DNA from: the human T2T-CHM13v2.0 reference genome, Homo sapiens
Length of the DNA stretch: 64,000 bases
NCBI RefSeq assembly: GCF_009914755.1
Contig: NC_060925.1
Direction: 5' to 3' (one strand)
Below are positions 1-16,417 of this stretch, piece by piece. The notes below the pieces were generated by a model. The model saw only the letters and a program-made list of their open reading frames with translations, was not told where the DNA came from and did no database searches. Numbering within the stretch: position 1 is the stretch's first letter; every line of letters begins with the position of its first letter. A program made the translations under genes and the position numbers.

Positions 1-163
1 GGATCTTTGTCACCTGGCTAGAGCTTGGTCCAGGAGAGGATCTTTGTCACCTGGCTAGAGCTTGGACGAGGAGAGGATCTTTGTCACCTGGCTAGAGCTT
101 GGTCGAGGAGAGGATCTTTGTCACCTGGCTAGAGTTTGGTTGAGGAGAGGATCTTTGTCACCT
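1..163. repeat. 37-bp minisatellite, ~4.4 copies, truncated by the window start
   Basis: Unit GGATCTTTGTCACCTGGCTAGAGCTTGGTCGAGGAGA starts at 1, 38, 75, 112 and 149. Confidence 0.95.
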
Positions 164-1702
164 AGGAAATAGTTACAACTGATGTTGCAGGCATTCTTCT
201 ATCTTCTCGTGCCCCTAGTCCTACCCTTCACCCTCGAGCTTCAGAACACCCAGCTTTTGACTTTGTGAAGGTGGTGGCTAAGAGCCTGTCCATAAGCCAA
301 CCTTGTCTTCTTTTGGAGGAGAAGGGGGTCTTCCCTTTTTCTTGGCACTAACTTTGGTGCAGAAATCAAGCTGTCTGCTGGCCCCTGGAGAGAATGAATT
401 CCTTGGAAATCCTTTAGATGAAGAATTGCTTCAAGAAGGGCTAGACCTGGGACTGCTCTACACAAAAGCAAATTGTTCCAAGATTCCTGTCCCAGTAAGT
501 TGGTTTTTCCTGCTCTTGAGCTTTAGAGGAAACGAATGACACAGATGTTCTCTGTTTGGCTTTCTGCTCGGATTAGTGTTTGTGGGATTCATTCATATTG
601 TTGTATGTTATGATGGACAAAAAAATTAAGTTCCCTGGAAGCAACAGGAACATGGCCTCAGTGTCAGAACTGCCGATGGTGGGGTGTGATTCCCACAGTT
701 GCCCCTCGGGCCCTTCTGAAAATCAGCCCTTGCTCCTTTAAAAAACTTACTATTATAAATTATAAAATAATTATTGTATAAATTATTGTTAAAAAGTTTG
801 AACAATATAGAAAGGGATGCTTACTCATTGCTAGCACAGCAGTCTGAGATCGAACTGCAAAGCAGCAGCGAGGCTGGGGGGTGGCGCCCGCCATTGCCAA
901 GGCTTGAATAGGTAAACAAAGCGGCTGGGAAGCTCGAACTGGGTGGAGCCCACCGCAGCTCAACTTTGGCGAATCTGACAATTATGTGTCTTGGAGTTGC
1001 TCTTCTCGAGGAGTATCTTTGTGGTGTTCTCTATATTTCCTGAATTTGAATGTTGGCCTGCCTTGCTAGATTGGGGAAGTTCTCCTGGATAATATCCTGC
1101 AGAGTGTTTTCCAACTTGGCTCAATTCTCCCTGTCACTTTCAGGTATATCAATCAGACATAGATTTGGTCTTTTCACATAGTCCCATATTTCTTACAGAG
1201 GCCTGCCTGCCTCTGTAGACCCCACCTCTGAGGGCAGGGAATAGCCAAACAAAAGGCAGCAGAATCCTCTGCAGACTTAAATGTCGCTGTCTGACAGCTT
1301 TGAAGAGAGTAGTGGTTCTCCCAGCACGCAGCTGGAGATCTGAGAATGGACACACTGCCTCCTCAAGTGGGTCCCTGACCCCCGAGTAGCTTAACTGGGT
1401 GGCACCCCCCAGTAGGGGCAGACTGACACCTCACACGGCCGGGTACTCCTCTGAGACAAAACTTCCAGAGGAACGATCAGGCAGCAACATTTGCTGCTCA
1501 CCAATATCCGCTGTTCTGCAGCCTCCGCTGCTGATACCCAGGCCAACAGGGTCTGGAGTGGACCTCCAGCAAACTCCAACAGACCTGCAGCTGAGGGTCC
1601 TGACTGTTAGAAGGAAAACTAACAAACAGAAAGGATATCCACACCAAAACCCCATCTGTACGTCACCATCATCAAAGACCAAAGGTAGATAAAACCACAA
1701 AG

Positions 1703-2720
1703 ATGGGGAAAAAACAGAGCAGAAAAACTGGAAACTCTAAAAATCAGAGCACCTCTCTTCCTCCAAAGGAGTGCAGCTCCTCACCAGCAATGGAACAAAG
1801 CTGGATGGAGAATGACTTTGACAAATAGAGAGAAGAAGGCTTCAGACGATCAAACTACTCCAAGCTAAAGGAGGAAGTTCGAACCCATGGCAAAGAAGTT
1901 AGAAACCTTGAAAAAAAATTAGATGAATGGCTAACTAGAATAAGCAATGCAGAGAAGTCCTTAGAGGACCTGATGGAGCTGAAAACCAAGGCATGAGAAC
2001 TATGTGACGAATCCACAAGCCTCAGTAGCTCATTTGATCAACTGGAAGAAAGAGTATCAGTGATGGAAGATCAAATGAATGGAATGAAGCAAGAAGAGAA
2101 GTTTAGAGAAAAAAGAATTAAAAGAAATGAACAAAGCCTCCAAGAAATATGGGACTATGTGAAAAGACCAAATCTATGTCTGATTGATATACCTGAAAGT
2201 GACAGGGAGAATTGAGCCAAGTTGGAAAACACTCTGCAGGATATTATCCAGGAGAACTTCCCCAATCTAGCAAGGCAGGCCAACATCCAAATTCAGGAAA
2301 TACAGAGAACACCACAAAGATACTCCTCGAGAAGAGCAACTCCAAGACACATAATTGTCAGATTCACCAAAGTTGAAATGAAGGAAAAAATGTTAAGGGC
2401 AGCCAGAGAGAAAGCTCGGGTTACCCACAAAGGGAAGCCCATCAGACTAACAGCTGATCTCTCAGCAGAAACTCTATAAGCCAGAAGAGAGTGGGGGGCC
2501 AATATTCAACATTCTTAAAGAAAAGAATTTTCAACCCAGAATTTCATATCCAGCCAAACTAAGCTTCATAAGTGAAGGAGAAATAAAATCCTTTACAGAC
2601 AAGCAAATGCTGAGAGATTTTGTCACCACTAGGCCTGCCCTACAAGAGCTCCTGAGGGAAGCACTAAACATGGAAAGGAACAACCAGTACCAGCCACTGC
2701 AAAACCATGCCAAATTGTAA
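1703..2720 (+). pseudogene. L1 ORF1p remnant (premature stops/frameshift)
   Basis: ATGGGGAAAAAACAGAGC start; fragment ENTLQDIIQENFPNLARQANIQIQEIQRTPQRYSSRRATPRHIIVRF; in-frame TAG at ~1826. Confidence 0.92.
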
Positions 2721-2768
2721 AGACCATCAAGGCTAGGAAGAAACTGCATCAACTAACGAACAAAATAA

Positions 2769-7462
<4,694 letters not shown>

Positions 7463-8024
7463 CTATTCACAATAGCAATTCTTGGAACCAAGCCAAATGT
7501 CCAACAATGTTAGACTGGATTAAGAAAATGTGGCATATATACACCATGGAATACTGTGCAGCCATAAAAAGATGATGAGTTCATGTGCTTTGTAGGGACA
7601 CGGATGAAACTGGAAACCATCATTCTCAGCAAACTATCACAAGGACAAAAAACCAAACACCACGTGTTCTCACTCATAGGTGGGAATTGAACAATGAGAA
7701 CACATGGACACAGGAAGGGGAACATCATACACCGGGGCCTGTTGTGGGGTGGGAGGAAGGGGGAGGGATAGCATTAGGAGATATACCTAATGTTAAATGA
7801 TGAGTTAATGGGTGCAGCACACCAACATGGCACATGTATACATATGTAACTAACCTGCACGTTGTGCACATGTACCCTAAAACTTAAAGTATAATAAAAA
7901 AAAGATTTATCATGTATTCTTAACATTTTGTGTGCATATACATACATTGTTTTGTCTTAAATATACTCTTGTAATGTTAGGAAATTTGGAAGATTTTCCG
8001 TGTCACTATACACAGTTTTGTTTT

Positions 8025-8345
8025 GTTTTTTTTTTTTTAGAAACATAGCCTTGCTCTGTTGCCCAGGCTGCAGTGCAGTAGTGTGATCATGATTTACTGT
8101 AACCTCGAACTCCTGGGCTCAAGCAATCTTCCCACCTCAGCCTCCCAGGTAGCTAGGACTACAGATGCACATCACCACACCCAGCTAATTAAAAAAAAAA
8201 ATTTTTTTTTTTTTTTTTTTTTTTTTAAGAAATGGGGTCTTGCTACATTGCCTAGGCTGGTCTCAAACTTCTGGACTCAAGTGATCCTCCTGCCTTGGCT
8301 TCCCAAACTGCTGGGATTACAGGCGTGAGCCACTGTGCCCAGCCT
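8025..8345 (-). mobile_element. Alu (AluJ-like)
   Basis: Poly-T followed by reverse-complement Alu ending GCGTGAGCCACTGTGCCCAGCC. Confidence 0.88.
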
Positions 8346-8541
8346 ACTTCATTCTTTTGTTTTTGTTGTTGTTGTGTGTTTTTTACCTAGAACCACCTGA
8401 ATAGTCATACTTCATTCTTTATAGCTGCACAGTTCCTATTGAATGAATAGGACACCATAATTTATTTAATAATTCCTCTGATAAAGGACATTTCAGTTAT
8501 TTCTACTTTTTGTTATTACAAAGCAATGCTGCAATGACCAT

Positions 8542-8956
8542 TATGTTAGTCCATTTTTGCGTTGCTTTAAAGGAATGCCTGAGGCTGGTTAATTTATAAA
8601 GAAAAAAGTTTATATTTTGGCTCATGGTTCTGCAGGAAGTACATCAAGTGTAGTGCCAGCATCTGCTTCTGGTGAGGCCTCAGGAAGCTTCCAATCGTGG
8701 CAGAAGGTGAAATGGAGCCAATGTATCACATGGTGAGAGAGAGACCAAGAGAGAGAAGGATGAGTGCTCTTTCAACTACCAGCTCTTGTATGAACTTATG
8801 CAGAGAGAACATACTCATTATCCTGGGGATGGCACCAAGCCATTCATGAGGGATCCACCCCCATGACCCAAACATCTCCCACCAGGCCCCACCTCCAATG
8901 CTGGGGATTACATTTCAACATGTGATTTGGGGGGGCCAAACATCCAAACCATAGCA
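8542..8956 (-). mobile_element. MaLR solo LTR (MST family)
   Basis: TATGTTAGTCCATTTT...CATCCAAACCATAGCA termini; degenerate 5-bp TSD ACCAT/AGCAT. Confidence 0.82.
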
Positions 8957-8974
8957 AGCATGCTTCCCAAAAAA

Positions 8975-8978
<4 letters not shown>

Positions 8979-9022
<44 letters not shown>
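8979..9022. repeat. (TA)n microsatellite
   Basis: ~22 perfect AT units. Confidence 0.97.
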
Positions 9023-9024
<2 letters not shown>

Positions 9025-10083
9025 TGTTTTTTTAGGGTTTTTTGTTTTCTTTTGTTTTTATTTTCTTTTTAGAGACAATATCTCACTTTGTCACCCAGGC
9101 TGGAGTGTAGCTCACTATAACCTCCAACTCCTAGGTTCAAGCAATCCTCCTGCCTCAGCCTCCCAAGTAGCTGGGACTAAAAGTGCATGCCACTGTATCT
9201 GGCTCTGTAAGATTATTTTTTAGTGACTGTTTACTCCACTAGAATGTAAACTTCTTGAGGGCAGGGGCTTTATTTGTTGCCATATCCCCAGTACTTTATT
9301 CCTAGTGCCCAGTATATAGTTAAGTGTTTAATAAATACTTGAATGCTTACTACTTTACACCCACCAGATGGACAAGCATGAAGTCTGAGAATACCAAGTG
9401 CTGACAAGCACGTAAAGCAAGAGGATTCTTGTATCCCGCTGAGAGCGAAAATTAGTGCATGTGCTTTAAAGAGCAGTGAGATAACTCAAATATGGATATT
9501 CTAGCACCAACCATTTTCATTCCTGACACATATTCAATACACTTTCGCACAGGTGCTTTAGGAGAAAGGTACAAGAATTTTATTGTAGCATTCTTTGTAT
9601 TATATTGCACAAAAGCACTATACAACATTGTACAAAAGCATTGTAGAATTTGGTGTATTTCTCTCTCTCTCCCTCTCTCCACACACGTATCACAGACATT
9701 TTTTTTTATTCTGAATCATTTGGGAATAAGTTCACGACATCATGACCAAATAAGAAAGCTGCAGGATTGACATTTACAAAATATTCAAAATATGCAAAAC
9801 GGTACTATAATATTTATAAATACATACATATATAACAAGCAGAAAGATAGGAATAGGAATAATAAACACTAAATTCAGGCAAGTGGCCGTCTTGGGGACG
9901 CAAAAGGAAATGTGTTCAGGAATGAATACCTGGAAGCCTCGCTATCTGGAATATTTTTCTTAAGCTGTGTTGAGGGTACATATTTGTTATTGGCTGTACC
10001 TTTTTTGCAAGACATATATTTCAAAATTTTTAAAAGCATTCATTTATTCCTATTTTAATGAGAGTTTTTAAAAATCAGGAATG

Positions 10084-10425
<342 letters not shown>

Positions 10426-10439
10426 TCAAGGGTTCTCGG

Positions 10440-11200
10440 GGTGGGCCATCCCCGAGGCCATCCGCAGATTTTCTCGCACTCTTTGCTCCACCCCCACGTG
10501 CAACAAGGACAACCGGCTGCCGCCTCCAGCTTCCAGCAGGGCTAGAAGATGCGCTGCCCGGGGCGGCCAGAGCCCTGCAGAACAAACCGCCGCACGGAAT
10601 TAGGGGCCGCCGTCCGCGCCTGCCAGGCTTGGAAGCGGACTCGCCCCCAGGGCCACCGCCCTAGGAAACCTCCCGTCGGAAGCCTCCCAAGCAAGCCGCT
10701 CACCCGCGGCTCCCGCGCGAGGCGGCGTGGGCGTGGGCGCGGCCCTGGCGCGGCGGCGCGCGCGGGGTGAAGGGAGCCCGGCGCGCTGGCTGCGGCGACG
10801 GCGGCCGTTGCTGCGCCGGGTACTGGGGTCGCTGCCTGAGGCGCAGGCGCCGTGGACTCCACCCGCCCCGGGGCCTGGGCTCGCTGTGGACTCGTCATGG
10901 CGACCGAGCAGAGGCCTTTCCACCTGGTGGTGTTCGGCGCGTCTGGCTTCACCGGCCAGTTCGTGACCGAGGAGGTGGCCCGGGAGCAGGTGGACCCGGA
11001 GCGGAGCTCCCGCCTGCCCTGGGCCGTGGCGGGCCGCTCCCGGGAGAAGCTGCAGCGGGTGCTGGAGAAGGCGGCCCTGAAGCTGGGTACAGCGGCGGGG
11101 CGGGACGGGGCTGCGCGGGCGGCTGGGCCGGGGACCCCGCATCGCCCCAAACGAGCGTTTCTCCCGCAGGGATGCGCCCTACGTGTCCCCGAGCCCTGCG
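10440..11200 (+). promoter_or_regulatory. SCCPDH: CpG-island promoter / exon 1 of SCCPDH
   Basis: Very GC- and CpG-dense; E-box CACGTG at 10495, overlapping EGR1-type GCGTGGGCG at 10725 and 10731, GC box CCCGCCCC at 10862; no TATA box seen. Confidence 0.9.
10897..11086 (+). CDS. SCCPDH: SCCPDH exon 1 (saccharopine dehydrogenase-like oxidoreductase; Rossmann-fold GASGFTG motif)
   Basis: gtcATGg Kozak; MATEQRPFHLVVFGASGFTGQFVTEEVARE...AALKL; donor G|GTACAG; 190 nt. Confidence 0.97.
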
Positions 11201-11684
11201 TGAGGACAAGAAGAGGAGAGGGAGAGATGTTTCAAATACTGCCATAGCTTTGTCCCACCTCCTTAACTATATGTGTGTGTGCGCGTGCGTGTATAATATA
11301 CACACACATTTTTTTTTCTTTCCTTCTCCTCTTTCCCGCTTTTCGCATTTCTGCCTCAGTTTGGGGAGCTCCCCTGGCGAAATGGTCAAGAACTTGAGTT
11401 GTCCCTCTCTCTGCTTCATCCTGCCCCGCAGCGGGGGCACCTGTTGAATCTGCGGGTTTCTAGATGTTTGGTCGGAGAGGAGAGGAGGGCTTTGGTCTCT
11501 TGGAGATCGGAGTCTCCCTTTGCCTCGTGTTTTGAGGACGGGAGAGCAAGCTTACGAGTTGTACTGACAGTGTCTTTGTGGCTATTCTGTTTTAGTTTCT
11601 TGTTTTGTGTGTAAGAATACTCCAGCAGTCTTCCTCTTCAGAGAATAAAAAGTGTGTATTTCTGGTTTAGACGCTTACGTATTC

Positions 11685-11817
11685 TCTAAGCATTCAGGTA
11701 GCATGTATTTATTGATAATCTAAGCATTCAGGTAGCATATATTTATTGATAATCTAAGCATTCAGGTAGCATATATTTATTGATTCTCTAAGCATTGAAG
11801 GAGCATATATTTATTGA
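11685..11817. repeat. 34-bp tandem repeat, ~4 copies
   Basis: TCTAAGCATTCAGGTAGCATATATTTATTGATAA at 11685, 11719, 11753 and 11787. Confidence 0.93.
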
Positions 11818-12412
11818 GTGACGTTGTCCATGCTAAGACCTGTCCCGAGTCTGGGGTGCAGGATGGGACAGAGAGGAGACAGACACACGGATCCTGCTGC
11901 CTTCATGGCTGGGGAGACATCTGACTTACGACTCCGTAGCCTTTAAATTTGGCTATTAACTCCCGTAGATTTCCCTTATACAGACACCCATTAGAGTTCT
12001 GGAAATACTACATTCTTTCTGTTTAATCTACTTTCATACAATGCCCTGCTCGGAGTGCTTTTGTTCGTGGTTATGTACAGAAGACACCACGTAGGCTGGA
12101 CTCTCCTACAGCTTTTGGTGCTGACACTACCAACACGTAATTCTGACCAAAGAGCTTTTTGGTCGTTATTTTTCCAACAGAAGTAATTTTACTATGAAAA
12201 TATATGCTTCCATTTCTTTTTTCGGCTCAGCAAGATCGTACCGGTACAGCCTAGTCACTTATCATATATAATGCCCAAATCAAGTTTCATTGTGGGGGGA
12301 TATACCTTCACCTATTGAAACCTGCATCACTTAGTTGAGCCAGTTAATTCCAATTATTTTCTTATGAGCCTGTGTGTGTTTATATAGCGTGTGCTTTTCA
12401 CCTCAGAGTTCT

Positions 12413-12997
12413 AATTTTTTGTTTTTTGTTTGTTTGTTTGCCATTCTCCTGCCTCAGCCTCCTGAGTAGCTGGGACTAGAGGCGCCCGCCACCACGCCCT
12501 GCTAATTTTTTTAGTAGAGACGGGGTTTCACCGTGTTAGTGAGGATGGTCTCGATCTGCTGACCTCGTGATCCACCCTTCTCGGCTTTCCAAAGTGCTGG
12601 GATTACAGGCGTGAGCCACTGCACCCAGCCCTGATGGTTTTGATGTTAACAGTCAGTCCGAAACTCTCCATCACCTACAATTGGATCATAGTAATTGTTT
12701 AGTGGTTGATGAGAAACTTTATTTTTTTAAAGACAAGTTCTCATTCTGCCACCCAGGCTGGAGTACAGTGGCGTGATCACAGCTCACTGCAGCCTTGACC
12801 TCTGTGTCTAAGTGATTCTACCGCCTCAGCCTCCTGAGTAGCTGGTACTACAGGCTATGCCACCATGTCAGATAATTTTTTTTTTTTTTTTAGTAGAGAC
12901 AAGGTCTTGCTATGTTGCCCAAGCTGGTCTGGAACTCCTGAGGTCAAGAGATCCTTGCACCTTGACCTTCCAAAGTGCTGAGCCACTGCCCCTGGCC
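12413..12997 (-). mobile_element. Two antisense Alus (internally deleted AluY/Sc-like 12413-12631; AluJ-like 12718-12997)
   Basis: Reverse-complement Alu motifs with T-rich tails. Confidence 0.85.
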
Positions 12998-13365
12998 AAG
13001 AAACTATTTTATGACATAAATTTCTTGTTGGAGAGGAAGTCTGGATAGTTATCTGCTCAGCATTTAAACTTGATTGTGAAATTGTCATGTTACACAGGGT
13101 TGTTATTTACACAACGCTTTGATTCGATTTTTTTTAAAAGGTCAGTTTTTTAGTAACTCTTAGTGTTAACTCAGTTTTCCTCATAATTTTTTCCTTTTGT
13201 ATTACCTGATTAAAAACAGTTTTATCTTTTGTCTAAGCAGGAGAGCTAGCTTTCAGCATATCAGTGTATTTAGTAATTTGCTGTCACTGATTACTGTAAA
13301 AAGAAGATAAGGAAGATATAATCCTCTACTGGGATTTACTTTCCTTCATTTGTTTCTTATTTTAG

Positions 13366-13478
13366 GAAGACCAACACTGTCATCTGAAGTTGGAATCATC
13401 ATCTGTGATATTGCTAATCCAGCCTCGCTTGATGAAATGGCTAAACAGGCAACAGTTGTCCTCAATTGCGTAGGACCA
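13366..13478 (+). CDS. SCCPDH: SCCPDH exon 2
   Basis: ttttag|GA AGA CCA...; (G)RPTLSSEVGIIICDIANPASLDEMAKQATVVLNCVGP|gtaagt; 113 nt. Confidence 0.97.
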
Positions 13479-13884
13479 GTAAGTAATCAACCCTTCTTTG
13501 TATCAGAACAAACAATCCATTCATTTCTAGCAAAATATTCCAGAGGAACATAAGGACAGAGGACAGAATTGTTGGTTGAAGGCCTTAACCCCATATGGGG
13601 AGTTTTTTCTTCTTGCGAGGAGCAGCTGGAGATGACCAAAGTCTCCTGAGAGAGTGAGTGACAGGCTCTCCATGACGTTCTCCTTAGGGCATGTGTGCTG
13701 GCTTGTTGATTGGTTACATCTGTGATTGTCAGAATTTTCTTTCCTTTTTACTATATACCCCTTCGGTAAAAAATGTTTGAGTGTGTCTCCCTAGTATATT
13801 TTTTATTTATAAATTATATTCTTGTACTACTGGGTAAATATATTTTTTAAATGCACAAAAAGAAGACTAAAAAACGACTCATTT

Positions 13885-14660
13885 ATTGAATAAATATTTA
13901 TTGATGCTTACCACATGTGAAATGCACTATTGTAGGCACCTGGGACACAATGGTGAACAAAACAGAAAATCCCTCGTGGACATTACGTTCTTGGGGAAGA
14001 CAGAAAAATAGGATTGTAATAGGAGGTAATGAAAAGTGCTTTGAAGAAAAGTGAAGCCAAGAAAGGAGAAAAGGTCCTGGCATATTGGTGTTTTTAGATG
14101 GATGGTCAGGGAAGGTTTCTGTGAGGAATTGACATTTGAGCCAAGATCTGAATGAAATGAGAGCAAATTGCATGAACCTTTTGAGGAGAGACTTTTCCAG
14201 GGACAGCAGGCACAAAGGTCCTGAGATGCCAGTGTGCTTGGCAAGACTGAAGAGTGTGACAGAGGCCAGTGTGGCTGGGCATGGCAGAGAGGTGGAGAGT
14301 GGATCAGAGAGCAACCCGGGAGCTGGGTCATGTGGGATCTTACGGGCCATGGCCAGGATGTGGATTTTTTTTCCAGGTGTGACCAAGAGGCGTTGAATGG
14401 TTGAAAGGAAGGGCTTCAGCTGATTTAAATTGGAAGTTCTTTGGCTTCTGAGTGGAAAAGTAGATAACAAAGGATGAGCAATGGAATGGTGCAAGCACAA
14501 GCCCTGGGGTCGTAGTGGTGCTGAGAAGTAGTTAGGTCCAGAGTATATTTTCAAAGGAGAACGGCTTTTGCTGTTGTACTGTGAAAAAGTCATCAAGTCA
14601 CAGGCCATCAGACTTTTGGCCTGTGTAACAAGGTGAATGTTGGTGACATTTAGTGATCTG
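13885..14660 (-). mobile_element. L2 LINE fragment
   Basis: ATTTATTGATGCTTACCACATGTG...GGTGAACAAAACAG resembles an antisense L2 3' end; boundaries approximate. Confidence 0.65.
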
Positions 14661-15344
14661 AAGAAGCCATCACAGTTGGCAAGATGTTTAAAAATTAAAT
14701 ATCTAAAATATTAATAATTTTTAATTGAGAGCAAAAGGGTTTTTGAATTGCTATTAAATAGAAGTGTTGTTGATTTAGATTCATCTCATTCTTAACTAGC
14801 TTAGATTCCATCCATGAGGTCCACTGCTGCACTCTATAATGGACGCCCTCATCTATCTCCCTTGCCTTTTTCTCCTCAGTACTCTGGAAAAATCCCAGCC
14901 CTGGTTATTCTCTGCCTGCTCTTCACCTGAACATGAGTAACACAGTGTGGCTGGAGAAAAATGTATCCCCCTGCTAACTGGTCACACTTCAAATATGTGT
15001 TTACAAACGTTGTGTGGTGCTTAGCACCTCCGGCAGCTCTGCTCTATTTCCCTCAGGAATTCTCTCTCCTGCTCTCTGAAGCAGCTCACAACCTTGTTTT
15101 CCTTGAACTTTTAGTATCCCGTCTCTCTTTCCTTGTTCTTATCTGATTTTATTTTTCTTTTTTTTTAACTATGAAAATAGAAGCTGGTTAATAACAGAAT
15201 TTCTTTCTTCATCTTCCTACCACCAGATCTATCTACCTACCTACCTGTCTGCCAATCTGCATCATACCCTGTAGTCTGCCATATCTCTTGTTACAAGGAA
15301 AAACTGGTCCTCTTCCTATTGGGCACAGTTTTCAAAGACTTTAT

Positions 15345-16417
15345 TATCGGGGGAACCAGCCCCCAGTATTTCAACATAGGTTCTTTTCTATTTTCCCTAA
15401 GTGTCAGCCAGTCTGAGAAATAAAGAGAAAGAGTACAAAGAGAAATTTTACAGCTGGGCCTCTGGGGGTGACATCACTTGTTGACAGGTTCCGTGGTGCC
15501 CCTTGAGCTGCAAAACCAGCAAGTTTTTATTAGGGATTTCAAAAGGGGAGGGAGTGTACAAATAGGGAGTGGGTCACAGAGATCACATGCTTCAAAAGGC
15601 AATACGGTATCACAATGCAAATGGCAGAGCAAGATCACAAGGCCAGGGCAAAATTAGAATTACTGATGAGGTTCCATGTCCCGCTGGGCACGCACTGTCA
15701 TTGATAAACATCTTAACAGGAAACAGGGTACGAGAGCAGACAACCAGTTTGACTAGAATTTGCCAGACTGGAATTTCCTAATCCTAGCAAGCCTGAGGGT
15801 GCTGCAGGAGACCAGGGTGTATTTCATCCCTTATCTTCAACTGCATAAGACAGACACTCCCAGAGCGGCCATTTTAGAGACCTCCCCCTGGGAATGCATT
15901 CCTTTCCCAGGGTTATTCCTTGCTGGGAAAAGAATTCAGTGATATTTCTCCTATTTGCTTTCTGCAAGAAGAGAAATATGACTCTCTTCTGCCCAGTCGC
16001 GCAGGCAGTCAGACATTATGGTTATCTCCCTTGTTCCCTGAAAATTGCTGTTATCCTCTTCCTTTTTTAGGATGCCCAGATTTCATATTGTTCAAAGACA
16101 CATGTTTTACAGTTTGTACGGATAACTCAATCATCACAGGGTCCTGAGGCAACATACATCCTCAGCTTACAAAGATGACAGGATTAAGAGATTAAAGACA
16201 GGCATAGGAAATTATAACAGTATTGATTGGGGAAGTGATAAATGTCCATGAAATCTTCACAATTTATGTCCAGAGATTGCAGTAAAGACAGGTGTAAGAA
16301 ATTATAAAAGTATTAATTTGGGGAACTAATAAATGTCCATGAAATCTTCACAGTTTATGTTCTTCTGCCGTGGCTTCAGCTGGTCCCTCTGTTCGGGGTC
16401 CCTGACTTCCTGTAACA
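15345..16417 (-). mobile_element. MER11-family solo LTR in SCCPDH intron 2
   Basis: Reverse complement of MER11 termini (TATCGGGGGAACC...CCCTGACTTCCTGTAACA); 6-bp TSD CTTTAT at 15339-15344 and 16418-16423. Confidence 0.92.

Noticed and set aside
10542-11447. Several long overlapping ORFs (180-226 aa) on both strands at the promoter
   Set aside because: Expected from stop-codon scarcity in a GC-rich CpG island; low-complexity R/P/A/G translations; only the SCCPDH frame has a recognisable domain
13898-14608. 236-aa ORF on the - strand
   Set aside because: Lies in a degraded L2-like repeat with no recognisable domain or splice support
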